A stretch of 64,000 bases of DNA, from the IMG/VR virus record IMGVR_UViG_3300042864_001285, one strand, 5' to 3'. This document shows, piece after piece, positions 24,941-33,931 of this stretch. Both the position numbers and the translations under genes were made by a program. The stretch is from a virus. Positions within the stretch are counted from its first letter, which is position 1. Every line of letters starts with the position of its first letter. The notes beneath the pieces are model-generated. The model did not search any database, had not been told where the DNA came from, and was given only the letters and a program-made list of their open reading frames with translations.

Positions 24941-25600
24941 ATGTTTACACATTGCCCACCAATGGTCCTTCCTGACCTAAAATCGGAAACACACTCTGAC
25001 GGTAAACGTTATTACACCTCTCCGAGCGGTAAGCGTTTACCATCGGTCACGACCGTTGTTGGTGCAATGAAAAAGCAAGCCATCATGGAATGGCGGAATC
25101 GTGTTGGTGAAGTAGAAGCCAACCGAATTTCAAAACTTGCCACCGGTCGTGGAAATCGTGTGCATGATCTTGCAGAACGGTATCTAAAGAATGAAAAGAT
25201 TGATTGGGTTCGTGAAATGCCTGATGCTGTGGAGATGTTTCGCACACTGATTCCACACATACAAAAAATCAATAATATACATTACATAGAACAAGCACTC
25301 TGGTCTGAACGCATCGGTCTGGCTGGTCGTGTTGACCTGATTGCTGAATGGGATGGTGTTCTATCGGTTATTGACTTTAAAACATCGAAAAAGATTAAGA
25401 AATCGGAAGACATTCAAGATTATTTTGCACAATGTACTGCATATTCTGGAATGTATGAGGAACATGTTGGTGTCTCCATTGACCAGATTGTGATTGTTAT
25501 GGCTGTGGAAAATGAAAGTCCACTCATTTTTATTGAGAAAACTGATGACCACATCGGAACATTAGTGGAACATATTGATTTTTACCATAAAAACTCTTGA
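24941..25600 (+). CDS. PD-(D/E)XK nuclease (RecB/Cas4-like exonuclease family)
   Basis: GRVDLI...IDFKTSKK gives the D...D/E-x-K motif, and a QxxxY motif (QCTAY) is also present. Confidence 0.55.
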   Translation: MFTHCPPMVLPDLKSETHSDGKRYYTSPSGKRLPSVTTVVGAMKKQAIMEWRNRVGEVEANRISKLATGRGNRVHDLAERYLKNEKIDWVREMPDAVEMFRTLIPHIQKINNIHYIEQALWSERIGLAGRVDLIAEWDGVLSVIDFKTSKKIKKSEDIQDYFAQCTAYSGMYEEHVGVSIDQIVIVMAVENESPLIFIEKTDDHIGTLVEHIDFYHKNS

Positions 25601-25636
25601 CAACTAAATAAAGAACCTTTATAATAAAGGTTATGG

Positions 25637-25867
25637 TTGTATGAAGCAACTAGAAACGGATTCAAGACGCGGGGGCAGTGCCCGCCAGGTCCACCACAAG
25701 GATTTTATGTGGATGATACAGATAAACTAAAAGAGTTACAAGAAAACTTGGCCAAGGATCTAGTTCAACTAGAACAGAATAAATCAGTAACTGAAAATCA
25801 GTTAGATGATATAACCGAAATATACTCTAAAGTTTATGATATCGTTTCCAAAATAAAATCTTTATGA
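25637..25867 (+). CDS. possible small coiled-coil protein (TTG start)
   Basis: There is no in-frame ATG near the start, so this is weak. Confidence 0.2.
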   Translation: MYEATRNGFKTRGQCPPGPPQGFYVDDTDKLKELQENLAKDLVQLEQNKSVTENQLDDITEIYSKVYDIVSKIKSL

Positions 25868-26003
25868 TGGGCCTGACACAGGATCGATTGGGTCAAGAGT
25901 ACAGAAGTGGACAACTCACCAGAGTAGGTGTAAAAACTAAATCAAAGTAAAAGCAAACGAAAGTCGCTTTTTGATGGCTGCTTGATAGCCATCTAGGGTT
26001 TTT

Positions 26004-26041
26004 GACAGTTTATCCTCGTAACAGAATTAAACTGTCTTTTT
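26004..26041 (+). terminator. rho-independent terminator (gacagttta...taaactgtc + T5) overlapping the 3-prime end of the GIY-YIG gene
   Basis: A 9-bp stem is followed by a T-run. Confidence 0.45.
26013..26027 (+). repeat. 15-nt direct repeat TCCTCGTAACAGAAT (left copy)
   Basis: An identical copy lies at 26491-26505. The pair brackets the GIY-YIG gene. Confidence 0.6.
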
Positions 26042-26416
26042 GGTATATTGATTGTTTGATGATTTACCCACTTTGGCCTTGGACATTTTCTGCAAAGTTT
26101 CTTTTGAGTAAATGTTCTTTTTGCCCTTATTCCAAGGTGATGAACCGGAAGGACGACCATTTTTTAGATTGTAGTATTTTTTACCGAATTCAGATTCTTT
26201 AATCATGCGAAGAAATCTAGCTTCCTCTTTTATAGCAGACTTCCTATCATTAAAGGTTTTGATTATTTTACGTTTGAAGTCGTTGGGTCTATATTGATGT
26301 TCTCCGTTAAACCAGCGTGATGAAGACACATAACTATCTGCTATGTCACCCTCATGCACACCAACATAGAACATTTTTCGGCTTTTGTCGAACCAGACGT
26401 ATAAAAAGTATTGCAT
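26027..26416 (-). mobile_element. free-standing GIY-YIG homing endonuclease (Seg-like) with C-terminal NUMOD/NKG-type DNA-binding repeats
   Basis: YLYVWFDKSRKMFYVGVH...R...E is the GIY-YIG core. SPWNKGKK is present, and the protein is 129 aa. Confidence 0.6.
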
Positions 26417-26490
26417 TATAATCCTCCAAGATATAATGTATTTAGCAAATGCGAACTTTCAAGAACGCATTTGCAGGGTTTCGGTTGGTT

Positions 26491-26505
26491 TCCTCGTAAC
26501 AGAAT
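26491..26505 (+). repeat. 15-nt direct repeat TCCTCGTAACAGAAT (right copy)
   Basis: It is identical to the copy at 26013-26027. Confidence 0.6.
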
Positions 26506-26532
26506 AACCAACCACCACAACGAAAGGAAATA

Positions 26533-27087
26533 ATGCAAAGTAAACCAATACTTTTAAGCATACTATTTTCCGCAGTCATTATAACGTTGTCAATGGTAAA
26601 TATAAACTTATACAATTTACCATTCAAGGCCAGTTTTAGTTCTCTAGACAGAGAAACACAAAAACAAATAACATGCCTTGCCGACAATATTTATTTCGAA
26701 GCCGCACATGAACCTCTCAAAGGTAAGAAAGCTGTTGCTTTTGTCACCTTCAATAGAGTCATGTCTGGCAACTATGCTGATGATATTTGCGGAGTAGTTT
26801 ATCAAAAAACCGGTAGTGTTTGTCAGTTCTCTTGGTATTGTGAAAGCAAACATACCAATAATCGCTTGACAATTAGAAGCACTTCATTGTATAATGAGAT
26901 TCAACAGTTAGCTGTCAATATGGTTGTCAATTTTGAACGTTATGAAGACGTTACAAATGGTGCAACATATTACCATGCAGACTACGTGAATCCTCAATGG
27001 AATTTAAAAAGGATAGAGCAAATTGGAAGACACATCTTTTACAGAAGCAACAAAGACAAAATTGACAGAAACAAAGGAATCATCTAA
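26533..27087 (+). CDS. SleB-like cell-wall hydrolase (Hydrolase_2 family) with N-terminal TM/signal anchor
   Basis: LADNIYFEA...AVAFVTFNRV...ICGVVYQ...CQFSWYCE matches the SleB catalytic-domain pattern. Confidence 0.55.
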   Translation: MQSKPILLSILFSAVIITLSMVNINLYNLPFKASFSSLDRETQKQITCLADNIYFEAAHEPLKGKKAVAFVTFNRVMSGNYADDICGVVYQKTGSVCQFSWYCESKHTNNRLTIRSTSLYNEIQQLAVNMVVNFERYEDVTNGATYYHADYVNPQWNLKRIEQIGRHIFYRSNKDKIDRNKGII

Positions 27088-27088
27088 G

Positions 27089-27304
27089 ATGAATAAAGAA
27101 GTTATCACAGTAATCATTTGTATCACAGTAGCGATATGTTCTTCTATTGCCGCTTTTACAATTTACAATATCAATGATCGAAACAACATGGCAAAGAACA
27201 TTGAATCGGCTATTCAAAAAGGAATTGATCCGATTTCAGTGAAATGTGCATATGAAACAAATACAAATGCAGTTTGTATTGCGTATTCAATGGGCAAAAA
27301 ATAA
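27089..27304 (+). CDS. small single-TM membrane protein (holin/spanin candidate)
   Basis: It has an AAGGA SD and the TM helix VITVIICITVAICSSIAAFTIY. It is adjacent to the hydrolase. Confidence 0.4.
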   Translation: MNKEVITVIICITVAICSSIAAFTIYNINDRNNMAKNIESAIQKGIDPISVKCAYETNTNAVCIAYSMGKK

Positions 27305-27525
27305 TGGCTACGAAAGAGGAGCAACGGAATTTCTCGGCCATCATCGAAGAAATCGTAAAGATTAAGAGAATTGGCTATATGGATGCGGTACTACTTCATT
27401 GTCAGGAGACCGGATTTGAAGTGGAGATTGCGGCAACACTCCTTACTACACCGCTGAAATCTAAAATTTCTGATGAAGCACAAGCCGCAAATATGATTAA
27501 GAAAGTGAATAAGTTGTTCATATGA
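27304..27525 (+). CDS. hypothetical protein (73 aa)
   Basis: It overlaps the upstream gene by TAATG. Confidence 0.4.
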   Translation: MATKEEQRNFSAIIEEIVKIKRIGYMDAVLLHCQETGFEVEIAATLLTTPLKSKISDEAQAANMIKKVNKLFI

Positions 27526-28130
27526 ATGAAGCCGGTGGGTTTGAAGCATATGCGTTGTTTCATGCATTGAAACTACATTTCACTTCAAAATATGATTATG
27601 TGAAGTATTCTGGTAAGACAAATGTAACCAAAGAACAATTCATGCTCCGTAAGGATAAGTTTCAATTCTATAAACTATCCCGAAAATACAAGCGTGATGA
27701 ACTCTTTGGTTTCTTTGTCTCCAATATGCTAGTGAATCCGAAGATATGGGTGGGTGACCTCCTGTCCGAGGATGCCGAATCTGAGTACAAGGTGTGGCAA
27801 AAAACTCAACAATCTCTTTCCTATGTGTTCGAACAGGACCTCCACAGGCTGTTTGATTCGGTAAATAATCCGGAAGAATTACTGAAAGTGGTTGACGGGC
27901 AGTACCCCTTGTTGTATAATCTTTATATGCAAGGAAACACCACTAAAGAGACTTTAATTATCTTAAATGAGTTGTTAAACTTTTTGCCGATGTGGGTGAA
28001 AAAAATTGAAGATGACATTATCTTTCCAGAATTCGTAAAGAGTTGTGAGAAGTATAAACCATTTCTAAATTTTGATAAGCCTAAAATGCTTGATACACTC
28101 AAGAAAAACTTAAATCTGATCACAACATGA
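27522..28130 (+). CDS. gp59: gp59-like helicase loader
   Basis: KYDYVKY, RKDKFQFYKLSRKYKRDEL and IWVGDLLSEDAE parallel T4 gp59 KYDVIKY, RRDKYFFQKLSEKYKLKEL and AWIGDISDADA (recalled). Confidence 0.65.
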   Translation: MNEAGGFEAYALFHALKLHFTSKYDYVKYSGKTNVTKEQFMLRKDKFQFYKLSRKYKRDELFGFFVSNMLVNPKIWVGDLLSEDAESEYKVWQKTQQSLSYVFEQDLHRLFDSVNNPEELLKVVDGQYPLLYNLYMQGNTTKETLIILNELLNFLPMWVKKIEDDIIFPEFVKSCEKYKPFLNFDKPKMLDTLKKNLNLITT

Positions 28131-28606
28131 TTGATACAATATACATTGATATGGATGGCGTCATTGCCGATTTCTCGAAACGTTACAAGGAAAAGTTCCG
28201 TGTAACACCAGAGGAAACACGGAGCAATAAAGAATTCAATGGTTACTTTAAAAAGTTCATTGATGATGCAGAATTCAGCACACTTGATTTGATGTCAGAT
28301 GCGGAAGAACTGTTGCAGTTTTTGCATGAGTTGGATGTACACAAAGAAATTCTTTCGTCAACTGCACGACCTGAAAATCACGGAATGATTGCACCACAAA
28401 AACAAATGTGGTTGCTCAAGCACAACATTCACTATAAGGCAAACCTTGTTCCAGGTAAATCACTGAAATACAAGTACGCCACACCCAATTCCATAATCAT
28501 CGATGACACTCAATCTGTTATTGATGATTGGAACAAAGCCGGCGGTATTGGTATTCTTCACACAGATGCCAAATCTACCATCGCAATCCTCAAGATGTAT
28601 CTTTGA
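28127..28606 (+). CDS. HAD-superfamily phosphatase, NT5C-like 5-prime(3-prime)-deoxyribonucleotidase
   Basis: The N-terminus IYIDMDGVIADF carries HAD motif I DxDGV. The protein is about 159 aa. Confidence 0.5.
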   Translation: MIDTIYIDMDGVIADFSKRYKEKFRVTPEETRSNKEFNGYFKKFIDDAEFSTLDLMSDAEELLQFLHELDVHKEILSSTARPENHGMIAPQKQMWLLKHNIHYKANLVPGKSLKYKYATPNSIIIDDTQSVIDDWNKAGGIGILHTDAKSTIAILKMYL

Positions 28607-28688
28607 GTGTGCCTATATAATTCATACATTATGAAATATGTGGATAATTCGAAATACATTTAATACAACGTCATACAAGGAAAATACT

Positions 28689-29564
28689 ATGTCTTCATTC
28701 GCAAATCTCAAGAGCAGTTCTAGTAACCTAGACAAACTCGCCAAGGCTATTGAAAAACTCAATTCAGCCGAAACTCCCACCAAAGATGACAATTTCTGGA
28801 AACCAGAAGTCGATAAAGTCGGCAATGGTTATGCAGTTATTCGTTTCTTGCCTCAGCCATCGGTTGATGGTGATGATGCACTCCCGTGGGTAAAAGTATT
28901 CAATCACGGTTTCCAGGGTCCTGGTGGCTGGTACATTGAAAACTCTCTTACAACCTTGAATCAAAAAGATCCAGTTTCTGAATACAACTCTCAGTTGTGG
29001 AACTCTGGCATCGAAGCAAACAAGGAAGTTGCACGTAAACAAAAGCGCCGTCTGTCTTACATTGCAAATATCTACGTTGTTGAAGATTCTAAGAATCCTC
29101 AGAATCAAGGTAAAGTGTTTCTGTACAAGTTTGGTAAGAAAATCTTTGATAAGATTAACGAAGCGATGAATCCTGCTTTCGAAGATGAAAAGCCACTCAA
29201 CCCATTTGATATGTGGGAAGGTGCAAACTTCAAACTCAAGATTCGTAAAGTTGAGGGTTATCAGAACTATGATAAGTCTGAATTTGAGTCACCATCTGCA
29301 TTGTTGAATGACGATGCAAAGCTAGAAGCTATCTGGAAGAAAGAATACTCACTCAAAGAGTTTCTGTTGCCAGAAAACTTTAAGTCTTATGATGAGTTGA
29401 AGGCTCGCCTAGACAAGGTTCTCGGCCTTGATGGTTCACCAGTAGTTGCTAAGACTACAGTTGAACAAGCTAAAGCAATGCCACGTAAGCCAGTGATGGC
29501 GGATGCCGGTATTGCCGAAGATGATGATGATTTGGCTTATTTCTCTAAGCTAGCCGAAGAATAA
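28689..29564 (+). CDS. gp32: gp32 single-stranded DNA-binding protein
   Basis: GNGYAVIRFLP, NHGFQGPGGWYIE, GKVFLYKFGKKIFDKIN and WEGANFKLK parallel the T4 gp32 core (recalled). An acidic C-terminal tail is present. Confidence 0.75.
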   Translation: MSSFANLKSSSSNLDKLAKAIEKLNSAETPTKDDNFWKPEVDKVGNGYAVIRFLPQPSVDGDDALPWVKVFNHGFQGPGGWYIENSLTTLNQKDPVSEYNSQLWNSGIEANKEVARKQKRRLSYIANIYVVEDSKNPQNQGKVFLYKFGKKIFDKINEAMNPAFEDEKPLNPFDMWEGANFKLKIRKVEGYQNYDKSEFESPSALLNDDAKLEAIWKKEYSLKEFLLPENFKSYDELKARLDKVLGLDGSPVVAKTTVEQAKAMPRKPVMADAGIAEDDDDLAYFSKLAEE

Positions 29565-29613
29565 ACCTATCGAATTCGATAGGTTTGAAGCCCGCCGTGT
29601 GCGGGCTTTTTTT
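29564..29613. terminator. convergent-gene terminator: perfect 22-nt palindrome (centre GAATTC) + GC hairpin gcccgc-cgtgt-gcgggc + T7
   Basis: It sits between gp32 (+) and the minus-strand structural operon. Confidence 0.6.
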
Positions 29614-31084
29614 ATACTGGCGACATATAACCCTGCATCACATGTGCAAGTATCGGTGTCGTATCTCTCACTGTTGCGGTAGCAGGAATAGGCCTGTCAG
29701 GTAAATCAACTGAACTCGATGATGATGAAATAACAGGTGCAGCAGAGCCAGATGAACCAGAATCGTAACTTTGCAAATTCAAATTTTGATTTTCATCTAC
29801 CGCTTCATTCATTCTATTTGAAACAGGTGCTGCTGGAACCGGTGTTACAGTTTCAGGTATTGGTATACTCTTTATACCCATAGGTTTCACACCAAAAGCC
29901 GCTTTGCCTCCAGTTTCCTGTTCTAATTGCCTTGCTCTGTAATCATCTAAAGCAGCAGTGCCCCGGCCGGCTTCGGCGGTAGATTCTTCTACACCAGAGA
30001 GTAAAGGCTTAGCCGTTGTTGTGACTTTTGGTGTACCATCTGGATTATGAGTTTTACCGAACTCTCTATCCCAATTTCTAGCTCTGTCTTGATTTTTTCC
30101 TCCTGTTGTGTCGGGTCTAGGTGGAACAGAAGGTAACTGTGTTTCTGTTCGTAGTGGAACTTTAAGACCTTTTTGTGAGGCAATTTCTTTAAGTGTAGTT
30201 TCTCCGCCAAGATTTTGTAATTCTTTGAATGAGATTTTACCTTCTGCAAAATCATCTAATGCTTTTTGTGCCTCGTCTGGACCTTCTGTTATTCTTTTAG
30301 CGAGAAAATCATATCCACCCATACCTTTAATGTCATACTCGGAACCCATCAATGCTGCCTGAGCCCTTTCTGGTGTAAGTACCTTAGTATTTGGCATAAA
30401 ATCAGCTATTTTTTGTAATCCGTATGCTGCGGCTAAAACTGCACCTATAGTAAGAGTAAGTGGATTAATTAAAAACGGCACTAAAAGTTTCGCAAGAGAT
30501 AATAGTTTTTTTGAATTTTTAAATAAATCAAATAAACCTCCACCATCTTCTTCTTCTTTTTTGCTAACCAATGTTGTTGTACTACCCAAAGAAGTATATT
30601 CTTTTAATACTTTTAAGAACTCATTGTGTCTGCGTTGTTCTTCAACTTTTTGTTCTTCGGTAAATTGTTTGGCGGTATCTTTTCTTTTCATATCATCTTC
30701 ACGGGAACTCTGCATAAAGGCTAACATTCTGTTCAATACTTCAACAGCAGAACCGCCTAGCCCTCCACCCGGTGTGGACATTGATGATGGCATTTGTGTA
30801 TAACCAGACCTCTTGTTCTTATCACCAGCAAAGTAATTAATATCAGACTGTTTACGTCCTGTAAGTCTACCGAGAATTGCAGGTGCAAGTCTACTACCAC
30901 CTGTCATAAACTTTGCAATATTCATTGGATCAAATTTCTCTTTGATACCAGTTGCGCTTGCCTTGAACTTTGATGATATTGCACCAGAGAGTGAGGAGCC
31001 AATGCCTTTACCTGATGTTATATTATCAGTCATCATAGATGAAAGAGATTTACTTCTAATGTTGCTTGCTACTCTGTAATCCAT
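29612..31084 (-). CDS. virion/tail internal protein, tape-measure-like paralog 2 (TM helix, P/T/S-rich C-terminus)
   Basis: The N-terminal 90 aa are homologous to the 31086-32999 product (FDPMNIAKF.TGGS.LAPAI.GRL). A hydrophobic helix LLVPFLINPLTLTIGAVLAAAYGL is present. Confidence 0.5.
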   Translation of the reverse strand: MDYRVASNIRSKSLSSMMTDNITSGKGIGSSLSGAISSKFKASATGIKEKFDPMNIAKFMTGGSRLAPAILGRLTGRKQSDINYFAGDKNKRSGYTQMPSSMSTPGGGLGGSAVEVLNRMLAFMQSSREDDMKRKDTAKQFTEEQKVEEQRRHNEFLKVLKEYTSLGSTTTLVSKKEEEDGGGLFDLFKNSKKLLSLAKLLVPFLINPLTLTIGAVLAAAYGLQKIADFMPNTKVLTPERAQAALMGSEYDIKGMGGYDFLAKRITEGPDEAQKALDDFAEGKISFKELQNLGGETTLKEIASQKGLKVPLRTETQLPSVPPRPDTTGGKNQDRARNWDREFGKTHNPDGTPKVTTTAKPLLSGVEESTAEAGRGTAALDDYRARQLEQETGGKAAFGVKPMGIKSIPIPETVTPVPAAPVSNRMNEAVDENQNLNLQSYDSGSSGSAAPVISSSSSSVDLPDRPIPATATVRDTTPILAHVMQGYMSPV

Positions 31085-31085
31085 T

Positions 31086-32999
31086 TTAGTTTCCTATTCT
31101 CGGATTTAATTCACCCAATGGTGCTGAAGGTGATTGTATAGTTTTTTGTTTATTTGTAGTGTTGTTTTGAATAATCACTGGAGAACCACTTGCTGAACCT
31201 TGTGACATATCTTTTTTCATGTTGGCATTTTTCATAGAAGAATCATTTAATGAAGATCCAACAGTAGTATCATTTGTTTGTAATTTTGCTTTTGATGCTC
31301 GGTCGGCATCTAGAGCCACACCAACTTCTTCAGGAGAATTGTGTGCTTTATTACCACCAATACCAGAATAATACGATGAACCCTTTTTTAATTCAACCCT
31401 CACCTCTTTTATTGATCCGTCTTTTTGTTTAATCTTATCTATTCTATATGTATCAAAGGGCACACCAACTGAAGCAAACTCTTTTGAAAGTTGTAAAATT
31501 GCCTCATTTCTTGCATCTATTCCATTAGTTTTACCTTCTATGTAATTTGATACTTTTTTACGATTTATATCAATTAATCCTTTAGAAAACAAATGATCTT
31601 GCACAGTAGGTGTTAAGTAAGTGGTATTTGGATCTATCTTTAATTGTTCTATGAGACCTCGCATAGTTTTAGGTATAATTTGATACCTGCCCACTGCAAA
31701 TAAACGGTCTGGGTCATCGATTGGTAATTCTGATCTTCTAAGATATTCCGAAATTGTAATTTTACTAAAATCAACAGGTGCAATTGCTCCAAGAATTTTA
31801 TTATCTTTTGTACCTCTATTGTAGGCATTATATTCATTACCAGCAAAAGATTTTCCAGCAGAAGCGGTGCTTTCATATTTGGCAATATTGGTAGCCAAGG
31901 CTTCTTTTCCAGCGAGAACGGCTGTCACGGCGGCCGCACCAGTAATTACTTTTGAAGCCGATGGTTGTGTGGTTGGTATGGGTTCTTGTTTTTTTGCCGT
32001 ATCTGCGGCTTTTTTAGCATCAGCCGCATCCTTAATTCGTTTAGCATCAGCCGCATCTTTGGCTTTCTTGGCCGCATCAGCCGCATCTTTGGCTTTCTTG
32101 GCCGCACTGGCGGCATCAGCGGCATCCTTAGCCTTCTTGGCCGCACTGGCGGCATCAGCGGCATCCTTAGCCTTCTTGGCCGCACTGGCGGCATCAGCGG
32201 CATCTTTGGCATCTTTGGCTTTCTTGGCGGCATCGGCCGCATCTTTGGCATCTTTGGCTTTCTTGGCGGCATCGGCCGCATCTTTGGCATCTTTGGCTTT
32301 CTTGGCGGCATCGGCCGCATCTTTGGCCTGTGTGACTGGTTTTGGTGCTGTTTGTGCCGGCGGTGATGTTTGTGCAGGTGGTTTTGGTGCTGTTTGTGTG
32401 GGTGTGGAAGGAGTCGATGGGGTTGTTTCAGCCTTTTCTTGAACCTGTCGTTTCTTGGCTTCTTTAGCCATGTCTTTCATGGCTTTACGTTGTTTTTTTA
32501 TTGCATCCCTGAATACATTCATCACTTCTTTGTGATTATCTTCTTTCATGTATTCATTCATTTCATTATATGAATCGAATGTATCTTGTTCCTCTAAGTC
32601 CTTTTCCCTGGAATCTTGCATAAAGGACACAATTTTTTCTAATATTTCGGTGGCCTTTCCAGATCGACCACCACCCATACCTGAATTGAACTTCTCATAG
32701 TAGTTTGGGCGATGACTTCCAGTTTCATATTGTTTCTTGCCGGTGAAGTATCGAATGTCTTGTTTACTTCTACCCATGAGGCGACCAACGATTGCTGGTG
32801 CAAGTTTGCTACCACCAGTGAGGAACTTGGCGATATTCATCGGATCAAATCTCTCTTTCATGGCCATGGATTTGGCCATTGACCTATCTGACATAGTTCC
32901 ACGGAGAGATGAGACAATACCCTGGCCTGATGCCAGTCTATCTGTCATTAAATTAGCGAAGCCTTTTTTTCTTATTCTGGCGGCATCGTAGTAGTTCAT
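31086..32999 (-). CDS. tape-measure-like protein with TolA-like K/A/D 11-aa repeats and C-terminal SLT-like lytic transglycosylase motif
   Basis: About 20 AKKAKDAADAA repeats run from 31990 to 32340. AVGRYQIIPKT resembles the SLT GLMQIMPxT motif. It occupies the position of T4 gp29 relative to the hub genes. Confidence 0.5.
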   Translation of the reverse strand: MNYYDAARIRKKGFANLMTDRLASGQGIVSSLRGTMSDRSMAKSMAMKERFDPMNIAKFLTGGSKLAPAIVGRLMGRSKQDIRYFTGKKQYETGSHRPNYYEKFNSGMGGGRSGKATEILEKIVSFMQDSREKDLEEQDTFDSYNEMNEYMKEDNHKEVMNVFRDAIKKQRKAMKDMAKEAKKRQVQEKAETTPSTPSTPTQTAPKPPAQTSPPAQTAPKPVTQAKDAADAAKKAKDAKDAADAAKKAKDAKDAADAAKKAKDAKDAADAASAAKKAKDAADAASAAKKAKDAADAASAAKKAKDAADAAKKAKDAADAKRIKDAADAKKAADTAKKQEPIPTTQPSASKVITGAAAVTAVLAGKEALATNIAKYESTASAGKSFAGNEYNAYNRGTKDNKILGAIAPVDFSKITISEYLRRSELPIDDPDRLFAVGRYQIIPKTMRGLIEQLKIDPNTTYLTPTVQDHLFSKGLIDINRKKVSNYIEGKTNGIDARNEAILQLSKEFASVGVPFDTYRIDKIKQKDGSIKEVRVELKKGSSYYSGIGGNKAHNSPEEVGVALDADRASKAKLQTNDTTVGSSLNDSSMKNANMKKDMSQGSASGSPVIIQNNTTNKQKTIQSPSAPLGELNPRIGN

Positions 33000-33141
33000 C
33001 TAATTTTGCTCTCGTTTATCTTTTGTTTAATCTTCTGATTTTCTTCCTCAATATATTGTATAAGCATACCAACATATACATCACGTTCCCACGGTATCAT
33101 ATTCTCAAGTTCCGTAAGACTGTACTTATGGTGTTGCATCA
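32996..33141 (-). CDS. possible 47-aa protein overlapping the downstream start by ATGA
   Basis: It is not in the ORF track. There is no clear SD. Confidence 0.2.
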
Positions 33142-33189
33142 AAGAGAAATTAGTTTTGTAATAATTTCTCAAATTATCATGACCAAATG

Positions 33190-33915
33190 TTAACCGAAAA
33201 AACTTTCCAGTCCTTCAACGTCAAGAGTGTGTTCGAAGCCGCAACGTGAACACTTCATTTCAATTTTCTTTTCTATCTTTGGAAGATTTGCAAAGAAGTC
33301 CTCAATTTTGGAGAATTGTTGTTGATTGAGAGATTCAATGAATTCAACAATCTCCTTCGACTCAACTTCTTTTGCATAATAAAACTGTTCACCATCATAG
33401 ATGTATTCTACAGATTCAGCAATCATTTCAAATGCAATATCAGAAACACTTGTTAAATTGGATAATTTACTCAATATGGAAAACTCTGGATATTTTAGTT
33501 TAATCGAAATTGTTTCATTGAGTTGTATAACATCATTACCCTCCACTACACCTGAGACTTTAATGTCCAGTAAGTTCAGTGAAGTTTCCATGATGTTACC
33601 GCAAACTTTTTCATCAACTGTGTTATCACAACGGTATTTGTTTTCGACAACTTCACCGACAGACCTCGCACGGAGTTGCAAAAAGTAAAATTCAATATCG
33701 ATAACAGGAAGTTTCTCGATATCAATACCCTCTGTAACTGTGCAGTTATTTAGAACCTGTTTTACATTTTGTTCAATTGATTCCCTTTCTCCAGATTCCA
33801 TTGCCATGAGAAGATTCTTTTGCTCTTTCACAAGGAAAGGACGAAAGCGAATCTTCTTTTTTGATAATGGTAACTCCAAGTCATAAATCGGTGTGTCGAT
33901 TTTTGGTAAAGCCAT
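33190..33915 (-). CDS. baseplate hub-associated protein (gp26/gp51-like?) with C-terminal CxxC zinc ribbon
   Basis: TATAAATT and GGAG precede the ATG. The assignment rests only on its position next to the tube and hub genes. Confidence 0.35.
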   Translation of the reverse strand: MALPKIDTPIYDLELPLSKKKIRFRPFLVKEQKNLLMAMESGERESIEQNVKQVLNNCTVTEGIDIEKLPVIDIEFYFLQLRARSVGEVVENKYRCDNTVDEKVCGNIMETSLNLLDIKVSGVVEGNDVIQLNETISIKLKYPEFSILSKLSNLTSVSDIAFEMIAESVEYIYDGEQFYYAKEVESKEIVEFIESLNQQQFSKIEDFFANLPKIEKKIEMKCSRCGFEHTLDVEGLESFFG

Positions 33916-33931
33916 AATTTATATCTCCATT

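Noticed and set aside
31867-32442. ORFs in alternative frames across the K/A/D repeat (31867..32442 +, 31946..32320 -, 31965..32366 +)
   Set aside because: They are frame artefacts of the 33-nt tandem repeat inside the 31086..32999 gene. Their translations (PRKPKMPKMRPMP..., GGISGILSLLGRT...) mirror the repeat.
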